This document shows positions 18,175-28,419 of a DNA stretch of 42,448 bases, one piece after another. This DNA is from Candidatus Hermodarchaeum yapensis (lineage in GTDB: Archaea; Asgardarchaeota; Hermodarchaeia; Hermodarchaeales; Hermodarchaeaceae), in the NCBI GenBank assembly GCA_016840405.1, contig JAEOSK010000024.1, positions 1 to 42,448 of the forward strand, in the 5' to 3' direction. How positions within the stretch are numbered: position 1 is the stretch's first letter; each line of letters opens with the position of its first letter. Both the position numbers and the translations under genes were made by a program. The notes under the pieces were generated by a model, which worked only from the letters and a program-made list of their open reading frames with translations, made no database searches and had not been told where the DNA came from.

Positions 18175-19020
18175 ATGAAGGCCTATATCTCAGTGGATTT
18201 AGAAGGCATGCCGTATGTGGTAATTCCCGGACACTTGAAGCTGAAAGGTGCCCAATATGAAGAGATCAGGAAAATCGCCACCAAACTTACATTGGCCGTT
18301 GTAAATACACTTCATGAAGCTGGTTTTGAAGAAATTATTGTCGCTGACAGCCATGGGCCCATGGTTAATCTCATGGTCGAAGAGCTTCCCGATTATGTTG
18401 AATTAATTCGTGGATTCCCACGACCTCAAGCCATGGTCACGGGCGTAGAAGGCAGTGATGTGGCTCTCTTTCTTGGGTATCATGCCAAATCTGGAACCGC
18501 CTATTCTACGTTCGATCACACCTACAGTGGTGGCACTATTCAGACGCTGAAAATCAATGGGGTTGAAATCAGCGAGTTCCTGCTCAATGGGTACACGGCG
18601 GGCGAAGTTAAGGTCCCTGTCGTTCTTGTGGCAGGAGATCATCAACTCCTTGAAGATGATGTCAAAGTTCATACTCCATGGGCTGAACGGGTCGAACTGA
18701 AGCGATCATTTGGCCGAAGTGCTGCAAAAAGCCCAGGATTAGGAAAACTGGAAAAAGATCTCAAAGCAGCCGTGAAACGCGCAGTATCTAGCTTCAAACA
18801 GAAAAAGGCAAAACCATTAATCGTGAAAACACCAGTGAACGTAGAAATCACCTTCAAAAATTCCTATTTTGCTGACACCGCCGAACTCCTTCCCCTTGTA
18901 ACACGTGTCGGAGGGCATGACATCAAATATACTACAAACACTATGAGCGAAGCCTACGAAATCTTCCAACTCCTTTGCATTGCCGCAGCAGGTATTTCTG
19001 CAATTAAACAAAATCAGTAA
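18175..19020 (+). CDS. dppA: D-aminopeptidase, peptidase family M55 (DppA)
   Basis: MKAYISVDLEG start (ATG 18175), ADSHG-M-N, GYHA, DHTY, GD. Confidence 0.92.
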   Translation: MKAYISVDLEGMPYVVIPGHLKLKGAQYEEIRKIATKLTLAVVNTLHEAGFEEIIVADSHGPMVNLMVEELPDYVELIRGFPRPQAMVTGVEGSDVALFLGYHAKSGTAYSTFDHTYSGGTIQTLKINGVEISEFLLNGYTAGEVKVPVVLVAGDHQLLEDDVKVHTPWAERVELKRSFGRSAAKSPGLGKLEKDLKAAVKRAVSSFKQKKAKPLIVKTPVNVEITFKNSYFADTAELLPLVTRVGGHDIKYTTNTMSEAYEIFQLLCIAAAGISAIKQNQ

Positions 19021-19043
19021 TCCATGTCCTGAACTCTGGCAAT

Positions 19044-20672
19044 CTATTTACTCTCTGAAGTTTCAGAATGCCTTTTTCTTTCTTGTTCACGTAATTCCCG
19101 AGCTAGAATCTTACCAACCGCTGTCTTTGGAAGGCTGTCAACGAATTCAACCTCTCGAATCCGTTTGAAAGGCGCAATCCGCTTTTGACAGAATTCAATG
19201 ATTTTCTCGGGGGTGGGATTGTGCTCCTCTTTCAACACGATAAATGCTTTTGGAATCTCCCCCGCCAAGGAGTCGGGTTTCCCTATGACACAGCACTCTT
19301 TAACACTCGGGTGTTTGTACAAGACGTTTTCAACTTCTGCTGGAAATACCGTGTATCCTTTGTATTTGATAGTGTTCTTCAATCGATCACGAATAGTGAC
19401 GTACCCCTCTTTATCGATACTCGCCATATCTCCCGTAAAGAGCCAGCCATCCCGCAACGCAAATTTCGTCTGAGCTGGATCCTTCCAATATCCTTGCATC
19501 ACCTGTGGACCATGCAAAATTAATTCGCCTGGTTCATCAGCTGGAAGTTCCATTCTACCTGTTTCGATGTCAACTATCTTAGCATCAGTATCGATTATTG
19601 GAATACCAACAGTTCCTGGACGAATATCCTCAGGAGGGCTGCTAATCGTTTCTGGACATGCTTCTGTAAGACCATATCCGAGGACCATACTGACTCCTCC
19701 TGTAAGGGTCACCCATTGGCGGCGTATCTCCTCTGGAATGGGGGCTGCTCCAATTTTGACATAACGTAGAGAACTAAGATCATAATCGGAGAACTTTGGA
19801 TTGTTAACGAGCATGGTAAACAATGTGGGAGGACCATACCACACTGTGGCCTTTTCCCGTTCAAGTGCTTCTAATCCCTGATTAATTGAAAAGCGAGTGA
19901 AAAGGAGGAGCGTAGCGCCCACAGCAAATACCGAATTCATGTTCACACACGCTCCCCATGAATGATAGAGTGGTAAGGTTCCCATGACTACTTCCTGATC
20001 CGTCCAGTTAAACCACACACAATTCTGGAGCGCATTTGCGACGAGATTACGATGACTAAGCATGGCTCCCTTTGGGACACCAGTTGTCCCACCTGTATAT
20101 TGAATGACGGCTAAGTCATTTGGATTAATCTCCACTTGCTCCAATTGTCCTTCTTGACGAGTTAGAAGTGAATCAAAGGACTGAGCGCGTTCTGATTTTT
20201 CTTTGGATCCTACACTAATCGTGTTTACTTGGGAAAACTCATTCAAACTCGGAGTCGCAATTGAAAACAGGGTCTCGTCCAACACCAGAATCTTTGGCAA
20301 AGTGCTGGAGAAAATGGTGTTAAACTCCTCCTCTTTGATGAGCGGATTCATTGGTACAATCACCGCTCCTTGTCGGAGTGCTCCATAGTAGCTGATGACA
20401 TACTCAGGAACGTTATGCAGGAATAACGCTACTCTATCTCCCTTCTTTACACCCAATTGGTCCAATGCTAGCGCGAATTTCTGGGAACTGAAATCTAACT
20501 CCGAATAGCTAATCCGCTGGCTATTGTGTATCACAGCTGTTTGTTGGGGACGTTTCTTTGCAGATTGGGCTAAGAACTCCCAAAGGCCAATTTTAGGATA
20601 GTTCAAGGACTTTGGAACTGTTTTTGGCCACACTGTAAACCACGAACGCTGTTTTGGAACTTTTCCTGCCAT
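19044..20672 (-). CDS. Long-chain fatty acid/acyl-CoA ligase (AMP-binding)
   Basis: YTGGTTGVPKGA, GYGLTEA, GWLFTGD, DR-K, LPKTAVGK. Confidence 0.95.
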   Translation of the reverse strand: MAGKVPKQRSWFTVWPKTVPKSLNYPKIGLWEFLAQSAKKRPQQTAVIHNSQRISYSELDFSSQKFALALDQLGVKKGDRVALFLHNVPEYVISYYGALRQGAVIVPMNPLIKEEEFNTIFSSTLPKILVLDETLFSIATPSLNEFSQVNTISVGSKEKSERAQSFDSLLTRQEGQLEQVEINPNDLAVIQYTGGTTGVPKGAMLSHRNLVANALQNCVWFNWTDQEVVMGTLPLYHSWGACVNMNSVFAVGATLLLFTRFSINQGLEALEREKATVWYGPPTLFTMLVNNPKFSDYDLSSLRYVKIGAAPIPEEIRRQWVTLTGGVSMVLGYGLTEACPETISSPPEDIRPGTVGIPIIDTDAKIVDIETGRMELPADEPGELILHGPQVMQGYWKDPAQTKFALRDGWLFTGDMASIDKEGYVTIRDRLKNTIKYKGYTVFPAEVENVLYKHPSVKECCVIGKPDSLAGEIPKAFIVLKEEHNPTPEKIIEFCQKRIAPFKRIREVEFVDSLPKTAVGKILARELREQERKRHSETSESK

Positions 20673-20734
20673 TTTTCTCCCTGTGATTTTGTGATTGGGG
20701 TGTCATCTGTCATCGGTAAAAGCAATAAGGTGTA

Positions 20735-20810
20735 TGGCGGGCCCGCAGGGATTTGAACCCCGGATCTACAGGTCCGAAGCCTGTCGCCGTATCCACTTGG
20801 CCACGGGCCC
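20735..20810 (-). tRNA. tRNA-Arg (anticodon UCG), CCA encoded, no intron
   Basis: Reverse complement GGGCCCGTGGCCAAGTGGATACGGCGACAGGCTTCGGACCTGTAGATCCGGGGTTCAAATCCCTGCGGGCCCGCCA folds as a cloverleaf: acceptor GGGCCCG/CGGGCCC, anticodon arm ACAGG-CT-TCG-GA-CCTGT, TTCAAAT T-loop, A20. Confidence 0.97.
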
Positions 20811-20943
20811 TTACAGTGTAGGCACGCGATTTATGAAATACCTCCGTTTAATCATTTCGTTCCTTCTGTAAATGCAATTATCAGGGTGGTCGAAAGAGAG
20901 AAAAGGCTGGCTTCCGCAAACTCTCATCAGGAAACCGATTATC

Positions 20944-22806
20944 GTGACTAATCCATGGGAACAGTTCAGGAATCAAGTCATTGAAGCTCTTCATGTATCC
21001 AGTGGACGTGATCTAAGTCAGTATTTGGAGATTCCTGCTGACCCACAACACGGAGACTTAGCCTGTACTGCTGCCTTCCACCTGACTCAAGAACTGAAAA
21101 AAAGCCCAGTAGAGATTGCAAAAGAATTCGCTGTCTTCGACCCAGTTAAATTCCCGCTCATTCAGCAGGTTGTTGCACAGGGACCTTATGTGAATTTTTA
21201 CGTCAACATCATTCCCTATCGTCGACTCGTCGTGGATGCAATCCAAAAAACTGGCGATTCCTATGGAACCTCGGATATCTTTGTTGACAAACATGTTGTG
21301 GTTGAGTATCCTGCTGTGAATCCGAATAACCCCTTGCATATTGGTCATGCTCGAAACGCGGTCTTAGGTGACACCGTTGCGCGACTCATGAAAACGATGG
21401 GTGCAGATGTCACTCGGATGGATTATATCAATGACCTCGGGCTCCAAATCGCTGTGGCATATTGGGGATTAAAACATCTTGAGCCCCCGAAATACAAAGG
21501 AAAATATGATCAAATTATCGGTCGCCTCTACGTAGAAGCTCAAGAAAAACATGATGAATCACAGGTCCGAAAATACCTGAAATTAATGGAACAAGGAGAT
21601 AACAAAGTCGCAAAAGAAGTCAGAACAATGTCAGAACGCGTTCTTCGTGCACAACAAAAAACCCATGCATTGCTCAACGTAAGCCATGATCTCCTCGTAT
21701 GGGAGAGCAATATAGCCCATTCTGGATTATTTGCAGAAGCCCTAGAGAAAATGTTGGGAGCACCAGGCACCTCAAAACCCAAGACAGGTGAAAAGGCAGG
21801 TTGCATAATTGTTGATTTGGGCATCTATGAGGAATTTCAACAATTAACTGACACCGACAAAGTACTAGTTCGCTCTGATGGAGTCGCAACCTATACCGGG
21901 AAAGACATTGCATTCCACTTTTGGAAGTTCGGCGTCATCAAAGATCCATTCCTTTACAAACCTTTCAAATCAAGAGTAAAAAGAGATCAAACCCTTTGGA
22001 CGACCTCTCATACAGGTGACCCGGGTCGGTATCGTCCAGCTCATATTATCTTCAATGTCATAGGCATGCCTCAAGGGCTAGCACAACGCACCGTTTATCT
22101 AACACTGGAAACTCTGGGCTACACAGAAGCTGCCGCCAATTACTATCATCTAGCTTATGAATTCGTCACACTCCCTGATGCCAAGTTTTCAGGGCGAAAA
22201 GGCACATGGATTGGATTCAGTACAGATGAAGTCATCAAAGAAGCTACTCAACGAGCCCGCAAGGAAGTGAAAAAACGAAATCCCGAGGCAGACTCTACAT
22301 TCATCCGAGAGGTTTCCGAAGCAATCGGATCCGCTGCTGTCCGCTACTCGCTCCTCAAAATCGCTGTCGAAAAACAAATTGTGTTCAAATGGGATGAAAT
22401 ACTTAGCTTCGATGGTAACGCCGCACCCTACTTGATGTACACATATGCTAGAGCAAGCTCAATTCTCCGTAAAGAAAGTGCACCTAAAAAAGCGCGAATC
22501 AGCGAATTAGTCAACCCCTACGAAACTGAACTTTTCAAGCTTCTAGGACGGTACCCAGCCATTCTCCGTGAGATAGTCCAAGATATGAGACGAGAAAAAT
22601 GGGGTACACGAATTGAACTCTTCCACCTTGCGGAATATATCTATGAGTTGTGTGTTGCTTTCAACACTTTCTACAATCACTGTCCGGTGCTAACAGCAGA
22701 TACTCAAGAAATGAAGGGAGCGAGGCTCCTTCTCGTGAATCTTTGTCGCCAAGTTCTTAACAATGGTCTTCACTTGTTGGGGCTAACTCCGTTAGAACGT
22801 ATCTAA
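20944..22806 (+). CDS. argS: Arginyl-tRNA synthetase
   Basis: EYPAVNPNNPLHIGHARN (HIGH), RSDG..TY..KDIA, FSGRKG, PYLMYTYARASSI, FY..CPVL. Likely start GTG 20944. Confidence 0.96.
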   Translation: MTNPWEQFRNQVIEALHVSSGRDLSQYLEIPADPQHGDLACTAAFHLTQELKKSPVEIAKEFAVFDPVKFPLIQQVVAQGPYVNFYVNIIPYRRLVVDAIQKTGDSYGTSDIFVDKHVVVEYPAVNPNNPLHIGHARNAVLGDTVARLMKTMGADVTRMDYINDLGLQIAVAYWGLKHLEPPKYKGKYDQIIGRLYVEAQEKHDESQVRKYLKLMEQGDNKVAKEVRTMSERVLRAQQKTHALLNVSHDLLVWESNIAHSGLFAEALEKMLGAPGTSKPKTGEKAGCIIVDLGIYEEFQQLTDTDKVLVRSDGVATYTGKDIAFHFWKFGVIKDPFLYKPFKSRVKRDQTLWTTSHTGDPGRYRPAHIIFNVIGMPQGLAQRTVYLTLETLGYTEAAANYYHLAYEFVTLPDAKFSGRKGTWIGFSTDEVIKEATQRARKEVKKRNPEADSTFIREVSEAIGSAAVRYSLLKIAVEKQIVFKWDEILSFDGNAAPYLMYTYARASSILRKESAPKKARISELVNPYETELFKLLGRYPAILREIVQDMRREKWGTRIELFHLAEYIYELCVAFNTFYNHCPVLTADTQEMKGARLLLVNLCRQVLNNGLHLLGLTPLERI

Positions 22807-22823
22807 ACTCGATGTTTAGATGC
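22799..22823 (+). terminator. Hairpin overlapping argS stop
   Basis: GTATCTAAAC-TCGAT-GTTTAGATGC inverted repeat. Confidence 0.4.
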
Positions 22824-22942
22824 AAGAAACAGCCAATAAACACATAAATTTTCTTAGATAATAATAATTATATATTACTTCATGATAGTATTTTCTCACA
22901 AAACGAGAAATATTCGCTCAATCTAACGGAGGTTGAATCTCT

Positions 22943-23875
22943 TTGAAAATAATATATCGACATTATGAGCCCGACCAAGGGCTAGACGAAATCCAAGAAA
23001 AAATCTACACTGAGGCTTCTGGACTTCCTGCAACAGCAGAACAAATCCGACAACGAAACCTAAGTCGTGATCCCAAAATGACTTGGTATGCGTTAACTGA
23101 AAAAGGTGAACCATTAGCCTACATTACCTCTCGCGATTCAGGGTCCGAATTTGGACGTACATATATTGGATATCCGTGGACCATGCCTAATGCGTCTGCG
23201 GAGGTCCAAGCCAAACTCTTTGATGAGGTATCTGCGTTTCTCAAGACCCGAAAAAACACCCGTGAACTAGCCACAACCGTCGTCTTTACTTCTAAAATCG
23301 CAAAAAAACAACTTGAATATTGGCATAAGAAAGGCTTTGTCGAAGAACGATGGCTCTATCGATATGTCAATGACTATAATGCAAACGAAGTAGCAGAATG
23401 GAAAATCGACGGTAAAACCAGTAAACTCACCAGTAGGAAAGCGACAAAAAAGGATCTTGATCTATTAGTTGAACTTACCCAGGCAGATCGTTTCATCTCC
23501 AACGCTTTTCCAACGGTTGATGCGTTTAGAGCCTATTTTAAGGATCGCGTCCTTAAAGACGACCATGCTGTTCTCCTATTCGATAAAGACAAACTTGTTG
23601 CGGCAAGTGCTCCTCTCCGAATTGAACCTGATCAGCAGTTCATTTTAGGAGATGAAGCTCGAGTAATCATGCGATTCACAAGTACTCGACCTGGTTATGA
23701 ATATGTCTGGAAACGACTCTTAATTGAAGTTGCTAAAGAAACGAAAGCTGCAGGGTGGTCAGAAATTCCCATACGCACATCCTTCGACTTCCAATCGTTT
23801 ATCCCATGGGCAACAAACCTCGCTGCTATGAAACCTGAAATTCAACTATTTGAGGTAGTTCTCAAACAATCATAG
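22943..23875 (+). CDS. Hypothetical protein, probable tandem GNAT-like fold
   Basis: TTG start with GGAGGT RBS. Two halves begin IIYRHYEP and LTSRKATKKDL; YWHKKGF resembles a GNAT C-terminal motif. Confidence 0.6.
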   Translation: MKIIYRHYEPDQGLDEIQEKIYTEASGLPATAEQIRQRNLSRDPKMTWYALTEKGEPLAYITSRDSGSEFGRTYIGYPWTMPNASAEVQAKLFDEVSAFLKTRKNTRELATTVVFTSKIAKKQLEYWHKKGFVEERWLYRYVNDYNANEVAEWKIDGKTSKLTSRKATKKDLDLLVELTQADRFISNAFPTVDAFRAYFKDRVLKDDHAVLLFDKDKLVAASAPLRIEPDQQFILGDEARVIMRFTSTRPGYEYVWKRLLIEVAKETKAAGWSEIPIRTSFDFQSFIPWATNLAAMKPEIQLFEVVLKQS

Positions 23876-23898
23876 CCTCAACTGATATCAATAAAAGT

Positions 23899-24762
23899 GT
23901 GGGTTCTATGAAGCCAACAGTTGCTGTTGTGGATAGCGATTCCTTCTCCAAGGCTGTAGACCTCATTGGAGGATTACAGAATCTCAACAATCCTAGCCAA
24001 AAAGTCGTAATAAAAGTTGGCATCTACAATCCTGAAACAGGAATCTGTTCAACGATTAAAACCGTGAATTCCATTGCGACGGCATTCGATAAAGCATCGG
24101 AAATTCTGGTAACCGAATCTGATAGTGGTGCTGGTCTAGGATTGGAACGGTTGAAAGTGTGGAAGGACTGCTACACGGACAGGATTATACCATATAATCT
24201 ATCAGATGATGAAGAAACAAGGATCGTTGAAGTAGCCGGTGAAAGTATCCCTTTTTCTCATATACTCCTTGAACCGAACTCATTCATCAGTACTCATGTT
24301 CCTCGAAGATACGAAGAGGCAGGTCTCGAGGATTTAATGAACATGGGATTTATCATCAAGAACTTGTTAGGATTGATTTTAGATACGAAGAAACACCGTT
24401 TCCATGATCACCTCCCGATTGCCTTGATCGATATGTATGAGGCCATTGGAGGAATCGATCTCGCAGTATTGGATGCAACGCATGTCTTCCTTGGACGGAA
24501 GAAGAAGCGAATCACGGTTTCTCCACAATTACTCATCGTTGGAAAGGATGCAATTGCAGTGGAAGCAGTCGGGGCACATTTAGTGGGCTTTGACCCAGCC
24601 GAAATGCCTGTACTGCAAGAAGCCAAGAATCGTAGGTTAGGTGAAATAGACATCGATAAAATCGAAGTCGTTGGTGATATTGAACCCTCAAAACAAATTA
24701 TAATGAAAGCATTCAGAGGATTGTTCCCGAAGAAAGTTCGTAGAGAGCGCGGATGGGAATAG
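23899..24762 (+). CDS. DUF362 domain protein
   Basis: KNLLG...K..FH, LAVLDAT, GKDAIAVEAV...GFDP...P.L..A...LG...I.V.G pattern. Confidence 0.75.
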   Translation: MGSMKPTVAVVDSDSFSKAVDLIGGLQNLNNPSQKVVIKVGIYNPETGICSTIKTVNSIATAFDKASEILVTESDSGAGLGLERLKVWKDCYTDRIIPYNLSDDEETRIVEVAGESIPFSHILLEPNSFISTHVPRRYEEAGLEDLMNMGFIIKNLLGLILDTKKHRFHDHLPIALIDMYEAIGGIDLAVLDATHVFLGRKKKRITVSPQLLIVGKDAIAVEAVGAHLVGFDPAEMPVLQEAKNRRLGEIDIDKIEVVGDIEPSKQIIMKAFRGLFPKKVRRERGWE

Positions 24763-24938
24763 CGCTACCCTACATGATCTTTTAATCAAACCCTTGTGCT
24801 TCATTACAACAGAGACCAGTAAAAATGTCTGCTAGTCTGACTCTCTGCACCTAAAACATGTTTCAAAAAAGAAATATGAACCTTAGGTGTACTAGCAATG
24901 AAAAGGTAATTGCAGGAACCTTTCAGGAAGCATAAATT

Positions 24939-27623
24939 TTGCCTAGTTCGGTCTCTAAAGAACTATCCCATGCAGAGAAATTACTCAAGAAAGAGAAATA
25001 CAAGGCTGCACTCCAACTTGTAGAAAGGATAACAAATCAGAAAGATCTACCCACAGATGACCGCCTTACGTGTTTACTCCTCGAAAGTCGGATCAGGGCT
25101 AAACTAGGAGATTTGGAAAAGGCTGCTTTGTTGATTGATGAGGGTTTGGAAGCGATTCGTAAAGATGAAAACCTTTCAATAATTGTGGACTTTTTAACAG
25201 CCAAATCCGAAATCTCATGGCGGTTAGGTAAACTGGATGAAGGGCTCAGTGCAGTCAAGGATGCTGTAGTCCTACTTGAAAAACTCGAGCCGAAGTATGT
25301 GGGTAAACAGGAAGGCGAACTAATACGGAGAAAAGGCGAGTTACTACACCATGGGGGTGTCATTCACTGGTATAAGGGTAATCTCGATACCGCCTTAGAG
25401 TATCATAAAGAAAGCCTTGCAATAAAAGAAGACCAGAACGATCGACAGGGGATGGCTGTTTCCTACAATAATTTGGGACTTGTATATTGGTCTAAAGGCA
25501 ATCTCGATAAGGCCTTGGAGTATTATGAACAAAGTCTGTTAATCAATGAAGAGCTTGGGAATAAACGGAACATCGCTGTTACCCTTACCAATATGGGTAA
25601 TGTTTACACACGGAAAGGAGATCTCGATAAGGCTTTAGAATATCAAGAAAGAGGTCTAGTTGTCAAAGAGGAGCTAGGGCTGAAACATGATTTTGCTATG
25701 TCGCTCATCAACATTGGTGTTGTTTATCAATTCAAAGGGAATCTTGACAAAGCATTGGAGTATTATCAACAAAGTCTAGTTATCTTTGAGGAGCTGGGAA
25801 TAGATCGCGAGATTGCTCTAGCAATCAATAATCTTGGGAATATTCACCAGTTGAAAGGTGATCTCGACCAGGCATTAGATTATTTCCAGAGCAGTTTGAC
25901 ACTTTACAAAGCATTAGGCATTACTGAAGGTGTTGCACTAGCCCTGGCCAACATTGGTGAAATCTATCGTAAGAAAGGGTCATTTGCGGAAGCACAAGAA
26001 TACTATCAACAGAGTTTGACTTTACATGATACGATGGAAAATGACCCGTTGACTGCTGTAATTCTTTTGGAATTGGTTTGGATTAGTCTGGAAGGGGGTG
26101 ATTCCACCTCGGTCCAGCAATATCTCCAAAAGCTCAAACAAATAAATGAGAGAACTGAAAACCGAGTCATCGATCAACGGTTTCGTGTTGCTTCAGCTCT
26201 TGTGCTCAAAGCTGGAAAGCGAACTCGAGATAAGGTGAAAGCTGGAGAGATTCTAGAACAAGTGGTTGAAGAAGAAATTGGTGACCACTCACTTACCGTT
26301 ACAGCGATGATTCATCTTTGTGACTTGCTAATTTCTGAATTAAAACTGACTGGAGAGGAAGTGCTATTTGCAGAAGTTAAGGGTCTGACTCAACGGCTTT
26401 TCAAAATTGCTGAACAACAAGCCTCCCATTCTTTGCTTGTAGAAACTTACTTGATTCAATCTAAACTCGCCCTAATAGAACTGGACTTAGGTCGAGCCAG
26501 GAAATTACTGAACACAGCCCTGCAAATCGCTAGCGAGAAGGGATTAGACCGACTCGTTCACGAATTGAAGATTGAACAAAATCAGCTTCAAGAGCAATTG
26601 AAAAAGTGGGAACTAATCATTAAAGAGAAGCCCTCAAAACAAGACATGATTGATTTAACCAAACTGGATGATCTCCTCGGGAAAATGATTCAAGAAACCG
26701 TGGCTGACCTCATGGAAGAACGAGGTATCTCGGATACGCAACCCAAAAAGAAGTACCAATTGGTTTATCTCGATCTGCTCAAAGATTCTGGAAAAATCGT
26801 CAAAAGCCAATTTCGAGTTGGAATCGCCCAAATTGGGTTATCGCAAAAAGGCGACATCCTTAATGAATTTTATCAAGAACAAGCTCCAGGATTATTCAGT
26901 CTTCGTAAAGATACTTCCAAGGCAATCAGAAATACTCTCAAAAGCATGGTTGAACTTGCCAATTCACAGGATATCAGCATCCTCATTCTTCCAGAATTAA
27001 CCATCGACCTCAATTATCCTGAATTATTCGACGATGTGCAAAACCTATCGAAAAAATACAACATGTATATCATCCCTGGATCCTATCATGACCCAGAGAC
27101 CAAACACAACATAAGCATAGTCGTTTCTCCAGAGGGCACCCTCTGGAAACAAGAAAAGCATATTCCAGCAATCATTCGCTTTGGGGGAAAACGGATTACA
27201 GAAGGGATCGACACAAGCAAAGAACCTCGAACTATTACCATTGCGAACACTGAATATGGACGAATTGCTATTGTTCTCTGTCGCGACTTCCTTGATATGG
27301 ATTTACGAGTCGAGCTAAAGAACTTCGAACCTCCCATTGACCTGCTCATAAATCCTGCTTTTACTCCGGTAACCGCTGACTTCAAGGCTGCTCATTTTGA
27401 TGCTCGCCGATCAATCTATGCCTATTGCTTTTTTGCCAATGTTGCTGAATTTGGCGATTCTCTCATCTATACACCTGAAAAAGATCGAACCGAGCGCACC
27501 ATCCCACCAAAGGAAGAAAACCTAATCTACAAAGATATAGATCTTTTCAAACTACGTTCCGAACGAAAGAAATGGGAAGGCGAACAACAGAAAAATCGAC
27601 CTTTTATCCAGAGTACTCGATAA
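24939..27623 (+). CDS. TPR-repeat protein with C-terminal carbon-nitrogen hydrolase (nitrilase) domain
   Basis: 40-aa TPRs (NNLG.VY..KGNLDKALEYY..SL). C-terminal ILILPEL, IIPGS, QEKHIP, GRIAIVLCRDF, FANV. Confidence 0.88.
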   Translation: MPSSVSKELSHAEKLLKKEKYKAALQLVERITNQKDLPTDDRLTCLLLESRIRAKLGDLEKAALLIDEGLEAIRKDENLSIIVDFLTAKSEISWRLGKLDEGLSAVKDAVVLLEKLEPKYVGKQEGELIRRKGELLHHGGVIHWYKGNLDTALEYHKESLAIKEDQNDRQGMAVSYNNLGLVYWSKGNLDKALEYYEQSLLINEELGNKRNIAVTLTNMGNVYTRKGDLDKALEYQERGLVVKEELGLKHDFAMSLINIGVVYQFKGNLDKALEYYQQSLVIFEELGIDREIALAINNLGNIHQLKGDLDQALDYFQSSLTLYKALGITEGVALALANIGEIYRKKGSFAEAQEYYQQSLTLHDTMENDPLTAVILLELVWISLEGGDSTSVQQYLQKLKQINERTENRVIDQRFRVASALVLKAGKRTRDKVKAGEILEQVVEEEIGDHSLTVTAMIHLCDLLISELKLTGEEVLFAEVKGLTQRLFKIAEQQASHSLLVETYLIQSKLALIELDLGRARKLLNTALQIASEKGLDRLVHELKIEQNQLQEQLKKWELIIKEKPSKQDMIDLTKLDDLLGKMIQETVADLMEERGISDTQPKKKYQLVYLDLLKDSGKIVKSQFRVGIAQIGLSQKGDILNEFYQEQAPGLFSLRKDTSKAIRNTLKSMVELANSQDISILILPELTIDLNYPELFDDVQNLSKKYNMYIIPGSYHDPETKHNISIVVSPEGTLWKQEKHIPAIIRFGGKRITEGIDTSKEPRTITIANTEYGRIAIVLCRDFLDMDLRVELKNFEPPIDLLINPAFTPVTADFKAAHFDARRSIYAYCFFANVAEFGDSLIYTPEKDRTERTIPPKEENLIYKDIDLFKLRSERKKWEGEQQKNRPFIQSTR
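25377..26030 (+). repeat. Tandem 120-bp (40-aa) TPR coding repeats
   Basis: GGNAATCTCGATAAGGCNTTGGAGTAT-like units start at 25377, 25497, 25617, 25737, 25857 and (degenerate) 25977. Confidence 0.85.
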
Positions 27624-27714
27624 TTCATTTGGGTAGATTAGGTGTCAGACATGTCGAAGTTAGTTCAAAATCAGAGGTCTTTAGAAATACGAAAAGACTT
27701 CAAGATGTGATAGC

Positions 27715-28290
27715 TCATTCGTAGGTGTCTTTTAATTTTTCCAGAAACCCTTTCTCAAGCTTCGAGAGTTTTGGAGGAATAATCGCTTTTGCATAAAATT
27801 GATTGGGGTTTCGCTCAAAGAAATTCTGATGATATTCTTCGGCTTTATAGAATGCAGTAAATGGCTCAAGAGTTGTTACAATAGGCTTGGAAAATTTACC
27901 AGATTTCTCTAAATCTCGTATCAGTTCTTCTACAATCTTCTTTTGTTGTTCATCATGATAGAAAATTGCTGAACGGTATTGGGTCCCAACATCATTCCCT
28001 TGCCGGTTCAATGTCGTTGGGTCATGAGTAGCAAAGAAAATCTCTAGCAGTTCACGGAATGTGATGACAGCGGGATCAAAAGTAATTTGAATTACCTCAG
28101 CATGCCCTGTTCGTCCTGTGCTCACTTGTTTATATGTTGCAGTTTCAGCTTGACCTCCCGAATACCCAGATTCGACCTTGTGTACACCATTTAGTCGAAG
28201 AAATACAGCCTCGGTACACCAGAAGCACCCGCCCGCAAGAGTAGCTTGCGCCAATTCGGTTTCTTCCTGCGTTCTTGTATCAATCTTCAT
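27715..28290 (-). CDS. msrA: Peptide methionine sulfoxide reductase A
   Basis: [44 protein letters not shown]. Confidence 0.96.
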   Translation of the reverse strand: MKIDTRTQEETELAQATLAGGCFWCTEAVFLRLNGVHKVESGYSGGQAETATYKQVSTGRTGHAEVIQITFDPAVITFRELLEIFFATHDPTTLNRQGNDVGTQYRSAIFYHDEQQKKIVEELIRDLEKSGKFSKPIVTTLEPFTAFYKAEEYHQNFFERNPNQFYAKAIIPPKLSKLEKGFLEKLKDTYE

Positions 28291-28419
28291 AATCTTCTAG
28301 AATACTTTCTTACTTCAAAAACACAGTGAATTAACGAGAACAAAATATTTACCAAAGGTTTGTTTTTAAAATATTAAAACTGAAACTTTACTTCCAATAT
28401 TCTACCATAGGGTGTTCAT

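Noticed and set aside
19044-20735. Integrated element at the tRNA-Arg 3' end
   Set aside because: No integrase or duplicated tRNA 3' end was seen; the neighbours are metabolic genes.
25377-26030. 120-bp periodic DNA repeats as a CRISPR array
   Set aside because: They are degenerate in-frame TPR codons without unique spacers or cas genes.
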